A DNA stretch of 64,000 nucleotides from positions 3,328,001-3,392,000 of the forward strand of contig OZ271854.1 of the NCBI GenBank assembly GCA_965601925.1. Reading direction: 5' to 3'. The DNA comes from Alkalispirochaeta sp. Its GTDB lineage: Bacteria; Spirochaetota; Spirochaetia; DSM-27196; Alkalispirochaetaceae. The translations under genes were made by a program, and so were the position numbers. The notes under the pieces are model-generated. The model was not told the origin of the DNA, did not search any database, and saw only the letters and a list, made by a program, of their open reading frames with translations. The first letter of the stretch is position 1. Each line of letters opens with the position of its first letter. Below are positions 60,483-64,000 of the stretch, in pieces.

Positions 60483-60996
60483 TCGGCTTGTTGGCGAGAA
60501 TGAGGGCACCCAAGGGGTCGGTATCGGTGACGAAGTCACGGATACGAAAGAACTGCGGATTCTCTTGTGCGTCGGGAGGGTTCCCGCCGTCCACGCGGCT
60601 CTGATAATCGTGAAAGTTCTGGAGCTCGCCGTAGAGACGTGAGAAACGATCGTGCCATTGAAGCGACTGTCGCTGGTGGCGGACAAGATAGTCCAAGAGC
60701 TCGGCTCGATCGATCTCGCGTATACGGCGCTCAGCCTCCTCTGCGGCGTCGCACACACCGGTCAACAGGGTGTGCCATACTGCGAAGTAGACGTGCTGCG
60801 GGCTCTCGTTGCAACTCGCGCAGTACAACTCCTCGCGTATCACACCGTTGAGAACCGGAGATCCGTCAATCACATCGCCGACCCGATACTCGTGTAGACC
60901 CGGTTCGAACGCTTTGGTTTGTACCTGATCGATCTCCGCGCCGCAGTTTTTGCACCGTCGAGGCGGGTCAAGAAAAACGGTATCGAACAGTCCCAT
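60439..60996 (-). CDS. Hypothetical protein with two CxxC motifs (putative Zn ribbon)
   Basis: MGLFDTV..CKNCG..QTK..YRVGD..CASC. Confidence 0.7.
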   Translation of the reverse strand: MGLFDTVFLDPPRRCKNCGAEIDQVQTKAFEPGLHEYRVGDVIDGSPVLNGVIREELYCASCNESPQHVYFAVWHTLLTGVCDAAEEAERRIREIDRAELLDYLVRHQRQSLQWHDRFSRLYGELQNFHDYQSRVDGGNPPDAQENPQFFRIRDFVTDTDPLGALILANKPINPEDETEVERENG

Positions 60997-61054
60997 ATCA
61001 ATCAGCATAAGAGGGGATCGCGCGTCGATGCAAGCGCTTTGCGGGGGGCGATCG

Positions 61055-62284
61055 TTAACGCACGCGCGGGCGTGTCCATCCTCGGTGAGCGATCGCGAGA
61101 GTCTCCGGCGCAACGAGCACCATGACCGCCGTTCCCACGAGACCGGCCGCTGCGACCGTCGCAACCGCCGGAGCGAGGGCGACGCCGGCCGCGAGCGAGC
61201 CGACGATCACGGGGCCGACGGCGGAACCGACGTCCCCGTACAGGCGCCATATACCGAGAAACTCCGCCACCGCTCCCTCCGGTGCGAGGTCGGTGCCGGT
61301 CGTCATGTTAATACCCGCCCCGAATCCGTTGCCGGCGCCGATCAGAGCGACGGCGGCAAAGAACCCGATCGCGCTTTGGGTAGGCAGGAGGAGAAGCAGT
61401 CCCATGCTGAAGACGCCGAGACAGAGTCCGGCGGCGACTTTGCGCCCGTAACGGTCCGATATGAACCCCGACGGGAGAAACAGTATGAGATCGAACGCCG
61501 CGCCGACACTCATGACGACACCGATCGAGGCCACATCCAAGCCGATGCGGTGACCCCACATGGGAAGGATGATTTCGCGTGTCGAACGCAGTATCGAGAG
61601 GATCAGGATGGAGAACCCCACGGTTGCCAGCGCGAACCAGCGCCCCCGCAATCCCACTGCGAGTCGCCGGAGATCCCGAAGCACCGTCGACGCGCGCTCC
61701 GGGCCGTCGGTAAGCGTATCTGCCGGAAAGCGGGCGCGAAACGATATCAACCCCAGCATCAAGCTCACCGAGCGCAGCGCAAAGAGCGCCGACACACCCC
61801 AACTGCCGGCGATCGCGCCTCCTGCGATCGGTCCCAGAAGCATTCCGACGCGTAGCGCGCCGCCCAACATCGCCAAAGCGCGCCCGCGCATCGTCGCCGG
61901 CACCGACGCCCGTATGAGAGTCATGAACGAGGTCATCAGAATCGAGGTGAAGAAACCGGAGGCGAAGACGAGCAACGCGATAAGCGCGACATTCGTTATG
62001 AAAACGAGGCCGATATTTGCGAGTGTCGCCAGGACAAACCCGACGGTGGTTACTCGTTTGAGCCCCCAACGAGGTATCGCGAGTCCACCCGGAACGTCGC
62101 TTACCGCCTGGCCGATACCGCGCATCGAAACGACCAGCCCCACGAGCGCTACACCGGCACCGAGGCCGGTGAGATACTGTGGAAATGCGGGAGTAATCGA
62201 CGACTGAGCCCATGCAATAAACAGCACGGGCACGTAGGCGGACCATGTCAATGCACGCAGGTGTTTCGAGACGGCGTCTTCCAT
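61055..62284 (-). CDS. MFS transporter
   Basis: About 12 TMs; GFISDRYGRK motif A-like; RGRAL. Confidence 0.93.
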   Translation of the reverse strand: MEDAVSKHLRALTWSAYVPVLFIAWAQSSITPAFPQYLTGLGAGVALVGLVVSMRGIGQAVSDVPGGLAIPRWGLKRVTTVGFVLATLANIGLVFITNVALIALLVFASGFFTSILMTSFMTLIRASVPATMRGRALAMLGGALRVGMLLGPIAGGAIAGSWGVSALFALRSVSLMLGLISFRARFPADTLTDGPERASTVLRDLRRLAVGLRGRWFALATVGFSILILSILRSTREIILPMWGHRIGLDVASIGVVMSVGAAFDLILFLPSGFISDRYGRKVAAGLCLGVFSMGLLLLLPTQSAIGFFAAVALIGAGNGFGAGINMTTGTDLAPEGAVAEFLGIWRLYGDVGSAVGPVIVGSLAAGVALAPAVATVAAAGLVGTAVMVLVAPETLAIAHRGWTRPRVR

Positions 62285-62419
62285 CGCGGACCACTGTAGC
62301 AGGGATCCGCGCCGAGTTGGAGTCCGGGGCCGACTGAACCGTTCGGGACATGACGCCGAACGGGCGACGGCGTAGCGGCCGCCTGAAGAGGCCGTCGGTC
62401 GCCCCGACGGCCGTGGAGA

Positions 62420-63409
62420 TTATCGCCAGCGCTGCGGCTGATCCGGGCGGTTCTGCAGAATCTCTTCAACGGCATCCATCGTCGCATCGTCCAGTTTCTC
62501 GGACAACTCGAGTGCCTTCATGTTCTCCTCGACCTGCTCGGGCTTCGACGCCCCGGTGATGACCGTGCTCACATCGGGATTCTTGAGTGTCCATGCGATG
62601 GCAAGTTGAGCCAAGCTGACGCCGAGTCCGTCGGCGATCGGTCTGAGATTCTCGACCGTGGCGATGCGTCGTCGTCCCTCTTCACTCTCATACCGTTTGC
62701 GGAGCCACTCGTAGCCGGGGAGGGTGAGGCGGCCGTCGGTGATGCCCTTGCCGTACTTGCCGGTAAGTACACCCGAGGCGAGGGGACTCCAAATCGTCGT
62801 CCCGAGCCCGAAATCGCGGTAGAGCGGCGCGTATTCGACCTCCACCCGGTCTCGATGAAACATGTTGTACTCCGGTTGCTCCATCGTAGGCGGCGTCAGA
62901 CCGACTCGGAGGGCAACCTCATACGCCTGTCTTATCTGCTCGGCGCTCCATTCGCTCGTTCCCCAATAGAGCGCCCATCCGCGGTCGATGACATGACTCA
63001 TGGCGCGCACCGTCTCTTCGATCGGCGTCTCGTAGTCCGGGCGGTGACAGAAGACGAGGTCGACATACTCCAAACCGAGTCGATCCAGGGCGGCGCGCGT
63101 CCCTTCAACGATGTGCTTGCGTGACAACCCGCTGTCGTTCGGGCCCTCGCCGCCCCAAAAGATCTTGGTCGAGATGACGTAGTCGTTGCGGGCGAGGCCG
63201 AGCTTTTTGATCGCCTTACCCATGATGATCTCCGACCGTCCCGCCTCGTATACCTCGGCGTTGTCGAAAAAGTTCACCCCGCGATCGAAGACCATCTTCA
63301 TCTCCTCGGCGGCGCGGTCCACGTCGAGCTGTTTGCTGAATGTGACCCACGAGCCGAATGAGAGTGCCGATACTTTTAGGCCTGAGGAACCTAACCGTCG
63401 ATATTGCAT
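62420..63409 (-). CDS. Aldo/keto reductase (Kv-beta/AKR6-like)
   Basis: FFDNAEVY, STK, CHRPD, WGTSEW, WSPLASG and VITGAS motifs; AGGAG SD. Confidence 0.95.
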   Translation of the reverse strand: MQYRRLGSSGLKVSALSFGSWVTFSKQLDVDRAAEEMKMVFDRGVNFFDNAEVYEAGRSEIIMGKAIKKLGLARNDYVISTKIFWGGEGPNDSGLSRKHIVEGTRAALDRLGLEYVDLVFCHRPDYETPIEETVRAMSHVIDRGWALYWGTSEWSAEQIRQAYEVALRVGLTPPTMEQPEYNMFHRDRVEVEYAPLYRDFGLGTTIWSPLASGVLTGKYGKGITDGRLTLPGYEWLRKRYESEEGRRRIATVENLRPIADGLGVSLAQLAIAWTLKNPDVSTVITGASKPEQVEENMKALELSEKLDDATMDAVEEILQNRPDQPQRWR

Positions 63410-63459
63410 GTCGTGCTCCTTATGTATGTGTGAACCAAAGGTAATAGCGCTACGCCGAA

Positions 63460-63999
63460 TTACACAAATTTGGAGAGCGTGCGAGCGTCGATCTGCGTGC
63501 GTTCGTTCGCGCGACGCCGTGCGACTACGGCTACCGCCTGAGTTCGGTTGTGGACACCCAGCTTGGCAAAGATGCTGCTCAGGTGAAACTTAACCGTATT
63601 GACCGAGATATCGAGCTCCTCGGCGATCTCGCGATTGGACAAGCCGCGGTGGAGTGTCTCATACACCGCGCTCTCGGCGGGGCTCAAGTCCGTACGCAAC
63701 GGTGCATTCGTCACGTTCGGCGACCGAAGTACGGGCGGTGCGGTATGTTCCTCGCCGCCCGGTAGCGGTGCGGTAACGTTTAATCCGGCGAGAACCGCGT
63801 GGAGTGCGGCTGGTAAGCGCCGCTCGACGTCGCGACGATCGAGGAGCGCCGCAACGGGGGGCGTAGGCCACACGTCGTTCCGCGCGATCGAGAGGTCCTC
63901 GACAACGACGATGAGCGGCGGAACGAGAAGGTTCTCCGGCGGTGCGACGAGGGCGGTGGGAATTGAGGTCGCGACGATGAGGTCACTCCGCTCGAAGAG
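63460..63999 (-). CDS. LuxR/NarL-type HTH transcriptional regulator with degenerate receiver-like domain (5' end outside window)
   Basis: Frame open to the window end; LSPAE..GLSNREIAEELDISVNTVKFHLSSIFAKLGVHNRTQAV. Confidence 0.88.
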   Translation of the reverse strand, partial: LFERSDLIVATSIPTALVAPPENLLVPPLIVVVEDLSIARNDVWPTPPVAALLDRRDVERRLPAALHAVLAGLNVTAPLPGGEEHTAPPVLRSPNVTNAPLRTDLSPAESAVYETLHRGLSNREIAEELDISVNTVKFHLSSIFAKLGVHNRTQAVAVVARRRANERTQIDARTLSKFV

Positions 64000-64000
64000 T

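Noticed and set aside
62335..62415. GC-rich hairpins between the aldo/keto reductase and MFS genes as a possible ncRNA or REP element
   Set aside because: Consistent with an ordinary terminator-like structure; no second copy or known RNA motif was seen in the window.

Overview
GC-rich chromosomal segment from a spirochaete, probably a free-living Spirochaetaceae-type organism. The taxonomy is inferred from FlbB, the spirochaete-type FlgE, FliY and gene order. 1-12.3 kb holds the end of the dcw cluster (murF'-mraY-ftsW-ftsQ-ftsA-ftsZ), then xerD, deoC, a TPR lipoprotein, dprA, xerC and hslVU. 12.3-40.6 kb is a complete basal-body/hook/stator/export flagellar superoperon (flgB to flhG, flgV-like, fliA, fapA and two conserved hypotheticals), with a sigma28-type promoter before flgB and a sigma70-type promoter before flgV-fliA. 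The operon continues by translational coupling into the most unusual element (40.6-44.5 kb): a divergent Hsp70, a class-C J-domain/HEAT protein and a degenerate, probably catalytically dead CheA-like protein. Immediately after it, on the opposite strand, lies a candidate sigma28-driven ~75-nt sRNA. 44.6-64 kb holds a Maf glycosyltransferase, PBP, S26 peptidase, LysM/M23 protein, an unannotated 24-codon membrane peptide, secA, a lipoprotein, nnr, NUDIX, pgeF, nitroreductase, FAD monooxygenase, chorismate mutase, MFS, aldo/keto reductase and a partial LuxR regulator. Many genes in this part look leaderless. No rRNA, tRNA, CRISPR array or mobile element was recognised. All calls come from motif reading by eye; no searches were run.
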